Assembly (NCBI RefSeq): GCF_006345805.1
Contig: NC_043001.1
Span: forward strand, 20,336,001 to 20,400,000
Length of the DNA stretch: 64,000 nucleotides
From: Octopus sinensis
Lineage: Eukaryota
Reading direction: 5' to 3'
Of the stretch, positions 1 to 12,490 are shown piece after piece. Below the pieces are notes generated by a model. It ran no database searches. It saw only the letters and a program-made list of their open reading frames with translations, and was not told the origin of the DNA. The translations under genes were made by a program, and so were the position numbers. Each line of letters begins with the position of its first letter. Position 1 is the stretch's first letter.

Positions 1-89
1 GTAGTGAAGTGAAAGCACGCTATAAAAATAAAACTACTGAATAATAATAATAATAATAATGATAATAATAATAATTTTCGGTTTTTTTT

Positions 90-254
90 TTTTTGGACAT
101 TCACTAGTACAACACCAAAAAGACAAAAACAAATATATGGCACACTAGGCATAACAACAACATGAACTTCCAACCTGTTGTCTCTTGAGGTCTCTGGGTG
201 AGACTTGGAGCCAACTTGTACAAATATAAAGCAAAAGTCAAACATATAATAATA

Positions 255-305
<51 letters not shown>

Positions 306-335
306 TATAATAATAATAATAATGATAATAATAAT
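90..335 (+). mobile_element. R4/Dong-like LINE 3' end followed by (AAT)n
   Basis: Closely matches the 3' UTR at about 21830-21990, which follows an R4/Dong-like coding end; both run into TAA repeats. Confidence 0.5.
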
Positions 336-337
336 AA

Positions 338-790
338 TGAAATTATTGTATACAGTGCTCAGGTGCACCACAACTTGTCAAAAGTGCATATAAAGCATAT
401 GCAGTAATGTACAAATGTCTGAGAAGTGAACAGTGTATGAGTCAGATACATGCTTGCGTGTGTATGGAGGGGAGAAAATCAGGTGTAGTGTTGGCGAATC
501 TCAGGAAGCATGGAAGTTTTGAAGGATGCAGTGCTCCGACAACTAACAACTGATGCCGGCAGTTTGTTCCATGCTTCAGCAACTCTTAACATGAAAAAAT
601 GTTTCCGAAAGTCATGGGAGCTGTGCTGTTTTCTGACTTTGTAAACATGTCCACGGGTGTTAGACGGGTGGAGTTTTAAAAGGTGCTCAGAGTTATTGTT
701 TGTAAGATGGTTAATAATTTTATGGGTGTCTGCCAAGTCAGCCGCCAGACGTCGGAGTTTCAATGTATCCATGCCCATTTCTAACTTTCT
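338..790 (-). mobile_element. CR1-like LINE 3' fragment
   Basis: ORF 479..778 (TRGHVYKVRK...FFMLRVAEAWNKLP) is a typical CR1-group ORF2 C-terminus. Near-identical copy at 35100-35790. Confidence 0.8.
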
Positions 791-1257
791 GTCACTTACC
801 TTCTCGCTCTTGCAAATCCACCCATCCGACCTTTGCTCAATTATCTGACCCTGTTCTCTTGTACTTTGAGAATATGCTCTGACGTTTCATCTCTACTGTC
901 CTTTCTCACTTTTCAGCAGGTATAACAATCTCCTCTACAACAAGATATCTGTTCCTGTCCCTCTTTCACACTTTAGTCTATATATGCATATTTTTGGTGG
1001 AGGATGTGTGTGTTTAGCAGAGGTATACAAAGAATATACTTTGAAAAAGACCATCGCTATTCTATATACTTCAGTTTGTTTCAAAGACTCGTAATAGTAA
1101 CAACTTAAATAAAGCTGCATGGATATGTTTACCTTGGACGAAATCATAATGCAACTGAACCAACAGGATGATACTGGATATCACACCCTAGGATATCTAT
1201 GTGGTAGAAACACATGTCGGACAGAGTTTTAAAGAAAATACATTGTATATACAATTG

Positions 1258-1448
1258 TAATGGCACGTATAAAGCACCCACTACACTCTCGGAGTGGTTG
1301 GCATTAGGAAGGGCATCCAGCTGTAGAAACTCTGCCAGATCAAGATTGGAGCCTGGTGCAGCCATCTGGTTCGCCAGCCCTCAGTCAAAATCGTCCAACC
1401 CATGCTAGCATGGAAAGCAAACGTTAAACAATGATGATGATGATGATG
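1258..1448 (+). mobile_element. RTE-tail-derived interspersed repeat (family A, (GAT)n tail)
   Basis: Core ggaagggcatccagctgtagaaac...catgctagcatggaaagc ending in gatgatgat; many copies in the window. Confidence 0.8.
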
Positions 1449-2471
1449 CTTTGTTCATGTACAATTCACCATCCTTATTTTAATGCCTTGCACACACACA
1501 CACGCGCGCGCGCGTGCACGTATACAGAGAAATCAGGCTAAATTTGATGATTTTTTTTATGTCTCCTTTTTTCAGGAACAGCTGGATGTTGGAGAATTTT
1601 TATGACTTTGATCCCAATTTCTGGTCTCCTAATTCCTCACTTATAATCCCTTGGATTACTATATGTAGAGCCTTTCCTTTCTTTGGCATACATCCGTCTC
1701 GAGAGACGATGGTGTAGCCCGGAAAAGGTGGTGGGTTTATCTGCACTTCCTGGTGTGGCTGTGCAGACCAATCATCGAGCGCAGTCTCTACCACAGAGCA
1801 CTGTTGAGCATAACACAAGCTGCTCTGCCTGCAACCCTAAAGTTGTATCAAAGGGGTATCAAAACAGGGAAAAAATGATATTTACCATCAGATATGACTA
1901 ACACACTTGCTCCTTTGACCCACAAGCTCATCAGATAATTGCCCTTTGCTAATGACTGTCTTTGTTGTTTATAATATTCCCAGGTGTATTGTATTCTATT
2001 ATGAACAGATACCTAACTAATCAGCCTCTGCGTGTTTTGACTAATTGTGAAAATAATTAAGAATTTAGAGGGTTTAAATAACTACAATTCACTTTTTCAT
2101 TTAGTGGGTGCTGTTTTTGTCTTCATTGTTTAACCCAGGTCAACCCTGTATGAGTAAACCTAAAATCGAAGATTTTTCCAGTTGTGACCCCCCACCCTAT
2201 ATTTTTTTTAAATACCACATTATTTAATGTAGCCTTTGACAGATTTGATTGCTATTTCTAGCAGCTTGATTGACTACATAGAAGATCCTACTTCAGCCCT
2301 TCATTTGCTGGCATATTAAACTGGTTTTTGGAGCATAACTTCTTACAAAACGGTTCTAATTCTAAGTTGTAATTGTTTGTGGGTTATAATTTAAATATGA
2401 ACTATTTAAAGCTCATGATTTTGGGTCATAGAACCAGAGGTACTCACAAGTAGCTGATAATCAAAAATATT

Positions 2472-2861
2472 CTTTTCTACTCTAGGTACAAGGCCCAAAC
2501 TTTTGAAGGTGAGTGACAGTCAATTAGATGTAACCCAGTACACAACTGGTACTTTCGACCCTGAAAGGATGAAGGCAAAGTTGACCTCAACAGAATTTGA
2601 ACTCAGAACATAAAGACAGGCAAAATACCTATTTCTTTACTACTCACAAGGGGCTAAACACAGAGAGGACAAACAAGGACAGACAAACGGATTAAGTCGA
2701 TTATATCGACCCCAGCGCGTAACTGGTACTTATTCAATTGACCCCGAAAGGATGAAAGGCAAAGTCGACCTTGGTGGAATTTGAACTCAGAACATAATGG
2801 CAGACAAAATACCGCTTAGCATTTCGCCTGGCGTGCTAACATTTCTGCCAGCTCGCTGCTG
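2472..2861 (-). mobile_element. SINE family C dimer with target-site duplication
   Basis: Two tandem units, flanked by tgataatcaaaaatatt at about 2455-2471 and 2862-2878. Confidence 0.75.
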
Positions 2862-3178
2862 TGATAATCAAAAATATTACAGAAAGACTACATAAACCTG
2901 CTGATTCCTATTTAGTGCTACTTCGTGACATTTTATCCTTATGTACTAAAGTGTACTGTTTCAATCTATAAGTATACAAAAAGAAAATTTTTACTTCATA
3001 TGAATAAAGAGTTAATGTTTGTCATGTAGATCACTTATTGTTCTCAAACACTTGAAGGATTTATCAATTCAGGGCTTATTTTAAGTGTACAGTTCAATTG
3101 AGATAAACCAGTTCAGTCTTAAAGTCCACCTCAAAGATTAGGGTTAACACATCTCTCACATGCCTTAGCAACTGATTA

Positions 3179-4470
3179 TCAGGTCATCCCATAAGTTCTG
3201 TCCGAATTTTGAATAAAGAAAACAAGTGATCAAATGTTTTATTTAATTGAAATTTAATCACCAATGTACTTTCCCTCATTATCTAGGACTTCCTTCCATC
3301 TATTTACAAGCTTTTTAATCCCATCAATGTAAAACTCATTTGGTTTCAAAGCGAAGAACTCTGAAATGTCAGTTTCGACCTCCTCCTGGCTTGTCGAAAG
3401 TTATGTCCCCCAAATAATTCTGTAAACTATGAAACAAATGGTAGTCTGAAGGAGCAAGGTCGGGAGAATAAGGGGGATGAGAAATTTTTTCCCAACCAAG
3501 CTCTTCCATTTTCTGTGATGTGATCTTTGCAGTGTGGGGTCACACATCGTCCTGATGAAACATCACTCCTTTTCAATTCACTAAAGTGGGTCTTTTTTTC
3601 TTTAAAGCTTGGTTCAAACGCTCTAATTGCTGACAGTAGACTTGAGCATTGATTGTTGCATTAGGTGGTAACAATTCAAAGTGAATTACTTCTTTGCAAT
3701 CCTACCAGATAGAGAGAAGAACCTTTTTTTCCATGAAGTTCCCTTCTTGGTTGTGGTTGAGCTTTTTCCCTTTTACCAAGCCACTGCTTACAACGTTTAA
3801 CATTTCTATAGAAGATCCATTTTTCGTAACCAGTCACAAATCTATCCAAAAAGGGTGAAATGAGTTCACGAGAACTGAGAGAAGAGCAGATGTCAACTCA
3901 GGATTTGCAGTTGCTTTCAAACAATTCATGAGGCACCCATTTTCCAAGCTTAGGAACCTTTCCAAGTTATTGAAGATGACGATAAACAGTTGTGTGGTTT
4001 GAACTAAGCTTCATTGCCAATTCTTCAACTGATAATGCAGGATTTTCTTCAAGTAATGCCTCAAGGAGCTTATCATCAAATCCACTAGACGTTCTGCTTG
4101 ATCTTCATCTTCAAGGCTGAAAACTCCACTTCTGAATTTTGCAAACCATCTTCTGCAAGTTCTTTCATTCAAGCATTCTTTCCCATAAACTGAGTGTATG
4201 TTTCAAGTCGCTTTGGCTGCAGAGTTTCCTTTTTTGTACTCATAAAGCATTATGTGCTTTAAATACTCTCTGGATACTTCCACATTAAAAAGGGTTTTAA
4301 TCATAGAAATTTTAATTCTATTATTCTGTAAAATAATACTTAATTAGTTTAAATATACACAAATGCATAAAAATAATTTTTAATTCCATTAGACATTCTA
4401 AAATACTATTATTAATTTTCATTCAATTTTAAAAAGGGTAAAATTGGACAGAACTTATGGGATGACCTGA
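3179..4470 (-). mobile_element. Near full-length degenerate mariner transposon
   Basis: TIRs tcaggtcatcccataagttctgtcc / ggacagaacttatgggatgacctga with TA on both sides. The minus strand encodes HTH, WVPHEL and HPPYSPDLAPSDY motifs, broken by stops and frameshifts. Confidence 0.92.
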
Positions 4471-5194
4471 TAGAACGTATCAGTTGATATTCCAAACTTG
4501 AAAAACCTACAACTAAGTGGAGGCTATAGATTAAGGTATTCTAATGTTAGAGGTTGGGTTATAGTTGTAAAGAAACAGAAAATTGAGAAAGACCTACAGA
4601 AGTGAGCTTCCTGTGTTAATGTTTGCTTTGTGTGTAGATCAAAGTTACTTCCTAGGTCTGCCAATTGAAGGACCACTTGGAGTTAAATAGTAATAACAAT
4701 AACAAATTAACTGCTAGGTAGGTGTTTGTAAATCAATTGTTTATTATACAGAGGGCAATGCTATTTGTTTCTACTGAGATAAAGATGAAGTAGTTCAGAA
4801 GTATTTCATGTAATTCAAATACTACAACAACACACAGAGATAACCACCCACAGATATATCTGCAGGTTATCAGGACTTCATTGTTTTATGTCTACTTTTC
4901 CATGTTGGTATGGATTAGATGGGTCTCACAGCATTTCTACTTGTCACAGTTATTTGTTTTCTGATATGCACATAAACAGAACACTAACTGACTTTATTTT
5001 CCTCTGAGTCATATATTCTCCTGTTTTACATTTATTTATAACTGGATATCTACCCTGTGACTAACCAGTGAGCGCATTTTATTGAGACACACTGCTTTCA
5101 GATATTGTCTACTAAATTTCAATCACAAGACATTGGCCAATCCACAGCCACAGTTGAAGACACCAGCCAATAATGTTGCCCCCCTCTCTCTTAC

Positions 5195-5600
5195 TCTGTA
5201 CATACATACATACATGCGTACGTACGTACATACATACATACATACATACGTACACTCATACACATATACATACACACACACATACATACATACATACACA
5301 CACACATACATACATACATACATACATACATACATACATACATTCATATATACATACATACATACATACACACATACATACACACACACATACATACATA
5401 TATTCATACACACATACATACACACATACATACATACATACATACATACATACACACATACATACACACATACATACACACATACATACACACATACATA
5501 CACACATACATACATACACACATACATACACACATACATACATACATACATACATACATACATACATACATACATACATACATACTTACATACATACATA
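5195..5600. repeat. (TACA)n/(CA)n compound microsatellite
   Basis: Directly visible; explains the overlapping low-complexity ORFs between 5082 and 5682. Confidence 0.95.
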
Positions 5601-5669
5601 GCCTGTTGTTGATGCTGAAATTCCAATGACGGAGCCTTGGATCTAAGTTAGAAACATGCATGGAAGCAA

Positions 5670-6610
5670 GGTCTAGAATCAAAGGGCTTTGGAGTTAATC
5701 TAGCAAAAACCAAAGTCTTAGTAAATAAGAGAAGAGGCAAATCACAAATCCCATTGGTAGATGGCCCTGTTCGATCTGTAGGAAAGGCATTGGTAGAAAC
5801 TGTATAAAATGTACCCAGTGCAAACTATGGACACATAATAGGTACAGCAATATCAGACGAAGGTTAATTGGGAAAATATTGGGTTGTCCGGAAAGTTCGT
5901 GCCGATTTATAGTAGCTTACCATTCGACTTATTTTAGAACATGGTTGAGTCCATAAAATAGGATTTGACTACACCTCCATTTAGAGCACAGTTTAAGCTA
6001 TCTTTTCGTGGGAGAAGGTTTATGTTCCTATAACCTGTGTTAATTCTGTAACCCTTTAAAATGGAAGATAAGAAAGTTCATTTTCGGCACTTGATGCTTT
6101 TCTTTTTCCGTAAAGGGAAAAATGCCTCACAAGTAACCAAAGAAATATGCGCAGATTACGGTGATGTTTCTTTATCCGAAAGAACTGTACGGAAGTGGTT
6201 CACAAGGTTCCGAGCTGGAAGGCAGACCATCCATTACAGATGATGACCAAATCAAGTCATTAATTGAGAATAACCCACATTGCATAACCCGAGAATTGGC
6301 AGAAAGCCTCAACCTATCAAAATCCATCGTTCATGAGCACCTGGTAAAGCTTGGGTAATGGCAAGTATTTATTGACTTTTTTCTTTCCTTTAAAAATCGG
6401 CATGAACTTTGCAGACAACCCAATAGTTATTATGTGTAGAAGATGCACACATTCAATAAAACAGAAAATTTACGAAAAACAGACCCCATCAACTGCCAGA
6501 TGGGTAAGCTAGAGGTAGTAGATAGCTTCAGTTATCTAGGTGACCAAGTTAGTTGTGGAGGTGGATGCTCTGAGAGCGTAGCTGTGAGAATAAGAATAGG
6601 CTGGGTAAAG
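5670..6610 (+). mobile_element. RTE-clade LINE fragment split by a mariner insertion
   Basis: VNLAKTKVL...GRWPCSICRKG...CKLWTH left of 5878 and KLEVVDSFSYLGDQVSCGGGCSESVAVRIRIGW right of 6424. Confidence 0.75.
5879..6423 (+). mobile_element. Internally deleted mariner element (N-terminal HTH only)
   Basis: TIRs ttgggttgtccggaaagttcgtgccgattt / aaatcggcatgaactttgcagacaacccaa, TA duplication; ORFs 6061..6243 and 6161..6358 give a frameshifted mariner HTH. Confidence 0.92.
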
Positions 6611-7501
6611 ACACCTTTTGAGTATTAAGCTTCAGCGGAATGTGAAAAGTATTTCAAGTGTTTGGGCCTCACAGAGGCAATGACAAATGACTGTGACCTT
6701 TGACATTATGCTGTGTTTGAGAAGAAGACCCATCAAGCCAAGTGAAATTGTAGTTGTGGCAGATTCTGGCAAATGGCACCTGTGCTGGTGACAAGTAAAA
6801 GTACCCATTACACTCTCGCAGTGGTTGGGGTTAAGAAGGGTATCCAGCTGTAGAAAACCATGCCAAATCAGACTGGTGTCTGGTGCAGCCTTCTAGCTTA
6901 CCAGCCCAGTCAAACTGTCCAATGTATGCCAGCATGGACAACGGACATGAAATAATGATGATAAATATATAGATATCATCATCATCATCATCATCGTCGT
7001 CGTCGTTTAACAACCGCTTTCCATGCTAGCATGGGTGAGACGGTTTCACAAGAGCCAGCCAGACCGAACCCTGCACCAGACTACTGTGACTGTTTTGGTA
7101 GAATTTTTACAGCTGGATGCCCTTCCTGACACCAACCACTCACCAGAGTGGACTTACTACTTTTTTCGTGGCACAAACACAGGTGAAGTGAGTAGTGCTT
7201 TTTATGCGACATAAGCACAGGCGAGATCAGTTTTGACAAAGTTTTTACAGCTGGACGCCCTTCTGAACACAAACCATTTTAGGTGAGTATGTATGAAAGT
7301 TCTAGACAAGGAAATTCACAGATTATAAGGAATAAAATTGAAGATTAAAATAGAAGATTAAAAGTAAATAGACTAATACAGACAGGAGAATAAAGTTCAC
7401 AGTTCATCATTTTCCAGAGGAAGTTGGTCCATACTTCCATGAAGGTATAGGCCCTTAGGTATAATCCCAGATAAATCCAAGCAACACTTTGGCATACTCA
7501 C

Positions 7502-7571
7502 CTTGTCTCTGATGATGGAATACCCAGTGCACAGACATGCTAGCCTATCATTTGGAATATCCCAGAAACAG
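7502..7571 (-). CDS. Candidate internal exon (CFWDIPNDRLACLCTGYSIIRDK)
   Basis: Acceptor gaagtcttacag, donor GACAAG|gtgagt, only one of three frames open, phase 2 to 0. No homology recognised. Confidence 0.3.
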
Positions 7572-8631
7572 CTGTAAGACTTCAAATACACTTTACCCTA
7601 ATTAAATTATCATAAATGACTTGTGATACTTCTCCTGCCTTAGTTTTTGTTGTCCTTTTTCTCTAATATATAACTGCTAGCATGGAAACCTAAAACAGAT
7701 CCCTAACTGCAGCCTCAGCTGTGAACTTGAAACCTTACGATAACCAATTATAGCACTTACTCAGCATACCTCTTCATTTAGATCACCAGTGAACTAAACC
7801 CCTCATATTCTTTATATATATATATATATGAGGGAATATTATTCCAAACTTACAGGGAAAAATTCAGTTTAGAAATACTAAATAAAATTTCACAAAATAT
7901 AATATATATATATATATATCATTGTTATATGTTTTATCTTATATTTAATCTTTCTATATGTAATTTTTCTAAATGGTATAATTTAATTTTTCATTATTGA
8001 ATTGATAAAAGGTGGGGTTTTTTCTAATTTATATATATATATGAAGATAGCAGGAAAATTATCTTATTTAGGGTTAAAAGTTCTATTGCCACCACCATCA
8101 CCACTAGCAACAATAATTAAGGTGCTGACAATGATGATGATGACAATTGAAATATAAAAATCCCTGACAAAGGCTATTATACCACATTTCTAAAAATAGC
8201 CCAACAATTGCTGACAGGGTTAAGATACAGGACTCTTGACATGTTCAACAAAGCGTGACACCTAAACCAATCAGCTTAAGTAATTGAGTGATGCCACACA
8301 CTGATTGTTCAGAATACAGTTTGCAAAACCTAGCAATCTGGAGCCTACACAAGTATATTTAAGGCACAGATTTAACCATCTCGTTACAGTCAAAAATTGT
8401 GAAGCATGACTGTCACCACTACTACATGAACATGAAGATTGCATAATTTAATGCATGAAAGTACTAGTTCAATCAGAATGAACATTTAACATTCTATTAT
8501 TTTATTTTATTATATTATATATATTATATTATATTATATATATTATATTATATTATATTATATCATTATAAGATTGTAAATAAAACGTGAAAATCAGACA
8601 AGGTTGGAATTCCTTTTATTATATATATATA

Positions 8632-8959
8632 TATATAATATAATTCGAGACAAAACCACTATTTTAAAACCAAACAAGGAAAGACTTAATCAATACATAA
8701 AATTTTAATATAAATTAAATAAACCGCCACTACAAATGTTTCATGAAACATTTGTAGTGGCGGTTTATTTAATTTATATTAAAATTTTATGTATTGATTA
8801 AGTCTTTCTTTGTTTGGTTTTAAAATAGTGGTTTTGTCTCGAATTATATTATATAATATTTTACTATAAAATTGGATTTAACCCTAAATCTGATTTTTCC
8901 CTGTAATTTTGGATTCATTCCCTAATATTTATTATATATTATATATATATATATATATA

Positions 8960-9013
<54 letters not shown>

Positions 9014-9052
9014 TATATATATATATATATTATATATATATAATATATATAT

Positions 9053-9104
<52 letters not shown>

Positions 9105-9920
9105 TTAGAGACAAGGAAAACTTAATCAATACATAAGATTTTAATAAAAAGTCGTATTATTATTATTATTATTTTTATTCTTATTTATATTTTTATCATT
9201 TTTATTATTATTTTTATAATATCTATTATTTTTACCACTAAACCTAACAAAATTATAATTATTATTAGAAGTATCTCGAAAATTATCATTTAAATCTTTA
9301 TCACTAATATTATAAAATTTAATATTCCTATTATAACCTGCCCCTCTAAGGGCCTCATTATAATAATTAGCATGTTTATTAAAAATCTCTATATCATAAG
9401 AGAGTAATGAAATACGTTTACTTATATTAAGGTGTGTGATTTAGTGTATGTATTTAGATATGGTTATATAATTAGTTATATGTGTATGGGTGTATATATA
9501 GTTTATTTTTATTTTGTTTTATATTTAATTGTTGATAGGTTTATTTTAGTTTATATATTGTTTATATATTGATTATATATGGATTATATATAGGTTATAT
9601 ATAGATTATATATTTATATTTTTTCATTGATACTTTAATTATTTTAAAATTATTATTTTTTATATTTTAAAATATTGATATTTTAGATTGGAAGTCCACC
9701 TGAAGATTGTCGATCAGGACAAGAAACAATTGTAGTGGCGGTTTTTTTTACTTTTTATTAAAATCTTATGTATTGATTAAGTCTTTCCTTGTTTGTTTTG
9801 CAAAATAGTGGTTTTGTCTCTAATAATATTTTATAATATTTTACTATAAAATTGGATTTAATCCTAAATCTGATTTTTTTTCCCTGTAAATTTGGATTTA
9901 TTCCCTAATATTTATTATTA

Positions 9921-9935
<15 letters not shown>
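8632..9935. mobile_element. AT-rich Penelope-like element remnant with foldback and terminal repeats
   Basis: Palindrome 8632-8855. Minus-strand frame at about 9140-9440 reads NISKRISLLSYDIEIFNKHANYYNEALRGAGY (PLE RT C-terminal-like). The terminal repeat recurs at 9690-9930 with a hammerhead motif. Confidence 0.65.
9696..9738 (+). ncRNA. Minimal type I hammerhead ribozyme motif in a Penelope-like repeat
   Basis: ccac-CTGAAGA-ttgtc(gatcag)gacaa-GAAA-caattg-TA-gtgg: stems I and II, intact core, palindromic stem III, GUA cleavage triplet. Confidence 0.7.
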
Positions 9936-9959
<24 letters not shown>

Positions 9960-10875
9960 CATACATATATATATGAGAAAAGAACATAAGCATAACTTGA
10001 TAATCCTTTATTTCAATTGTTACACATGTTTCAGTATCAAGCAGCTCTTTCAACCTTTATAATAAATACCTAGAGTGTAAATCCCTATACCCAATAAACA
10101 ATCCACAATCTGATCTACATAACCAACCCCTAACAAACACAGTTATTACACAAAGAAATTGTTAATTTCATGAAGGTGTATCTCTTGTAAACAACAGTAC
10201 ATTGGGCATACAGTTGTTAAAAAGCAAACTACTTCAAACATATGGCATTTCAAAATTACCTTGCAATGCACATGTTCAGAGTTAAGCCTAAACTTTTGAC
10301 TGCATTACTTACAACCTTATAAGTCTATCATCAAATTTCACTCTAATTCCAAAGGTCAACCAGCGTATAAATCATAACATCCCCTTCACCTCCTACCTAA
10401 CAACCGCTGGAAATAACGGTTTTCTCTCTTTACCCTACCTTTTTTTTTAACACTTTCTTTTTCCACCAGCTATCTACTGATTCATTCTCTGCCCACGCAC
10501 TTACATTTGTAGTTTGAACAACCACTTACACTTCATATCCGCTCAGATGTACAGAAATATGAAATTCAGATAACTAAATGTGAGGTGCAATTACTCTAAA
10601 TATCTCTCTTACCCAAGCACTGAGTATTGTTTGAACTTCTTGCTTGTATCTATGTACACTACGCTTTTGGTCGGTCAGGAAAGGTGTGTTCAGAAAGTAT
10701 TTGACTTTATTTTTGTCTGTCCAAACTAATGCCACATGGACAAAATCCTTTGGTTGGGTGGTGACACCAACCTTTCTGTGCACGCATGAAAATTTTCACA
10801 CCAGTACACTGCATTCGTTCCCAGCTGTTATGCCTAAAGCACAGATATGTAATGCATGCTCATTGGATTTTCACT

Positions 10876-11235
10876 TGTGCTGGTGGCACGTAAAAAGCAC
10901 CAACCATTCATGGCCGTTGCCAGCCTACCCTGGCAACCGTACGTGGCTGATGCCAGCGCTGCCTTGACTGGCTTCCGTGTCGGTGGCAAGTAAAAACCAC
11001 CAACCGATCATGGCTGTTGCCAGCCTCCCCTGGCACCTGTGCCGGTGACATGTAAAAAGCACCCACTACACTCACTGAGTGGTTGGTGTTAGGAAGGGCA
11101 TCCAACTGTAGAAACACTGCCAGATCAGACTGGAGCCTGGTGCAGCCTCCTGGCTTCCCAGACCCCGGTCGAACCATCCAACCCATGCTAGCATGGAAAA
11201 CGGACGTTAAACGATGTTGATGATGATGATGATGA
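10876..11235 (+). mobile_element. Family A repeat
   Basis: Same core and (GAT)n tail as 1258-1448. Confidence 0.8.
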
Positions 11236-11899
11236 CCAAATGCATCAAACAGAGACCATTAATTTCACAAGCAGGCCATTCTGATTGGATCAACTGTGAC
11301 TGGGGGAGTGCCAGTGTATATGACGGGACTTCCACTGATCTTTTTGACATGAAGGTCCAAGTGCTACCAAGCACTTGTGTCTATGATGAGACATCAAGCC
11401 AGTTTTGGCTTTACAAACAAGATCACAGTTCATACAAATCACAATGGGAACAGAATAAACAAGGGACAAATCAAATATATGTTTATGTTTTTCTCTATTT
11501 ATTGATTACTTATCTAACCTTGAAAGTTTAAAGTTGTTTTATAACATTTGCATCTAGTTATCTCCATAACTTGTAAACCAGCATCACTGTATTTCATGGA
11601 AGCATTTAAAATAGATAAATTTGATCACAGTTTATCTTTTTATCATGAGATTGGTCTCCAAATATTTTGAGCCCCATTGTAAATTTGTCATTTTGTCTTC
11701 ATAGGAGAATCACAGTTAGCCATTCATCATCCCACCCAAATTACATCCCCAATCCATCTACACTGAGGCTGGATAAGCAAAGCTTCAATGCATGAAATGC
11801 CATAGTTTTTTAAAAGATCAATGTTATGGACACCGTTCTTGCATGTAAAATCATAGATGTTATGCAAGCAACATTTGTAGAAGGTACCTAATTGTTGTA

Positions 11900-12490
11900 T
11901 ATAGGATCTTCAAGGAATCCAATTTTCAGTTCTGTAATTTAAGGGAGAAAAGATCACAGCTTGAAACACTAAGTTTTGTCTTCAGAGTAAGATCTCTCTC
12001 ATTCCAGAAATGGTGCTGCAATATACTAAAGGATGTAGTTTGCTTTTCATAACTTATTAATGATATAATTTCTCTAGGAGGCACTTGTATTAATTCTGAA
12101 ACCAAAAGAAGAAAAAGATCTTCCATATTTTAGAACATGGCTGTCCACTTCTCTATAATTTGCTGGAAAAGTAAGGGGAAACTGGGCAAGTTTTACTCCC
12201 CAACCTTTTTTTTTTTCACTTAGAAATATTTTTTATGAGTTGGTAAATAATTTCTGTTCTATTTATGTTTATTTTCAGACCAAAGTGTTTAGTAATATGT
12301 GAGAAGCATTTCACAAAATCAAGGGATGTTGCCATAAGTGCAGTATCTTCACCAAAAAGACGTATCAGTGATGAACTTTCCTCTGTTCAGTGAGTTCACT
12401 TCAATGTCTGACTTAAGCAATACTCTTCCATGAACACAAAGAACAAATCTGGATCTCCAGTCAAAATCTGAAAGTGCAATTAAGCAAGAC
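11900..12490 (-). mobile_element. Highly degenerate RTE-like reverse transcriptase remnant
   Basis: Frameshifted reading ...KFITDT.FGEDTALMAT...HFGLKININRTEIIYQ and DLTLKTKLSV resemble the RTE RT (LFADD region and C-terminal part). Confidence 0.45.

Noticed and set aside
1640-1828. Possible CxxU selenoprotein motif (DCAR-TGA-LVC) on the minus strand
   Set aside because: The context matches no selenoprotein family I know, I found no SECIS, and a chance TGA is more likely.
5082-5682. Long His/Thr/Tyr and Val/Cys/Met ORFs (also near 16927-17195, 24607-25333 and 27419-27895)
   Set aside because: They are translations of (TACA)n and (TG)n microsatellites, open in several frames on both strands.
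10574-10870. ORFs on both strands and a good gtaaga donor
   Set aside because: The DNA resembles a mariner 5' end (ggtgtgttcagaaagtat..gactttattttt...), and the best frame has an in-frame TGA just upstream.
11214-11531. 105-aa plus-strand ORF
   Set aside because: It starts in a (GAT)n tail; the opposite strand looks like an RTE 3' zinc-finger end (CKAKTGLMSHHR) plus a SINE fragment.
12349-12489. Exon-like frame SCLIALSDFDW...DTSFW* behind a strong acceptor
   Set aside because: The sequence continues, with a frameshift, into FGEDTAL...FGLKININRTE, so it is better explained as decayed RTE reverse transcriptase.
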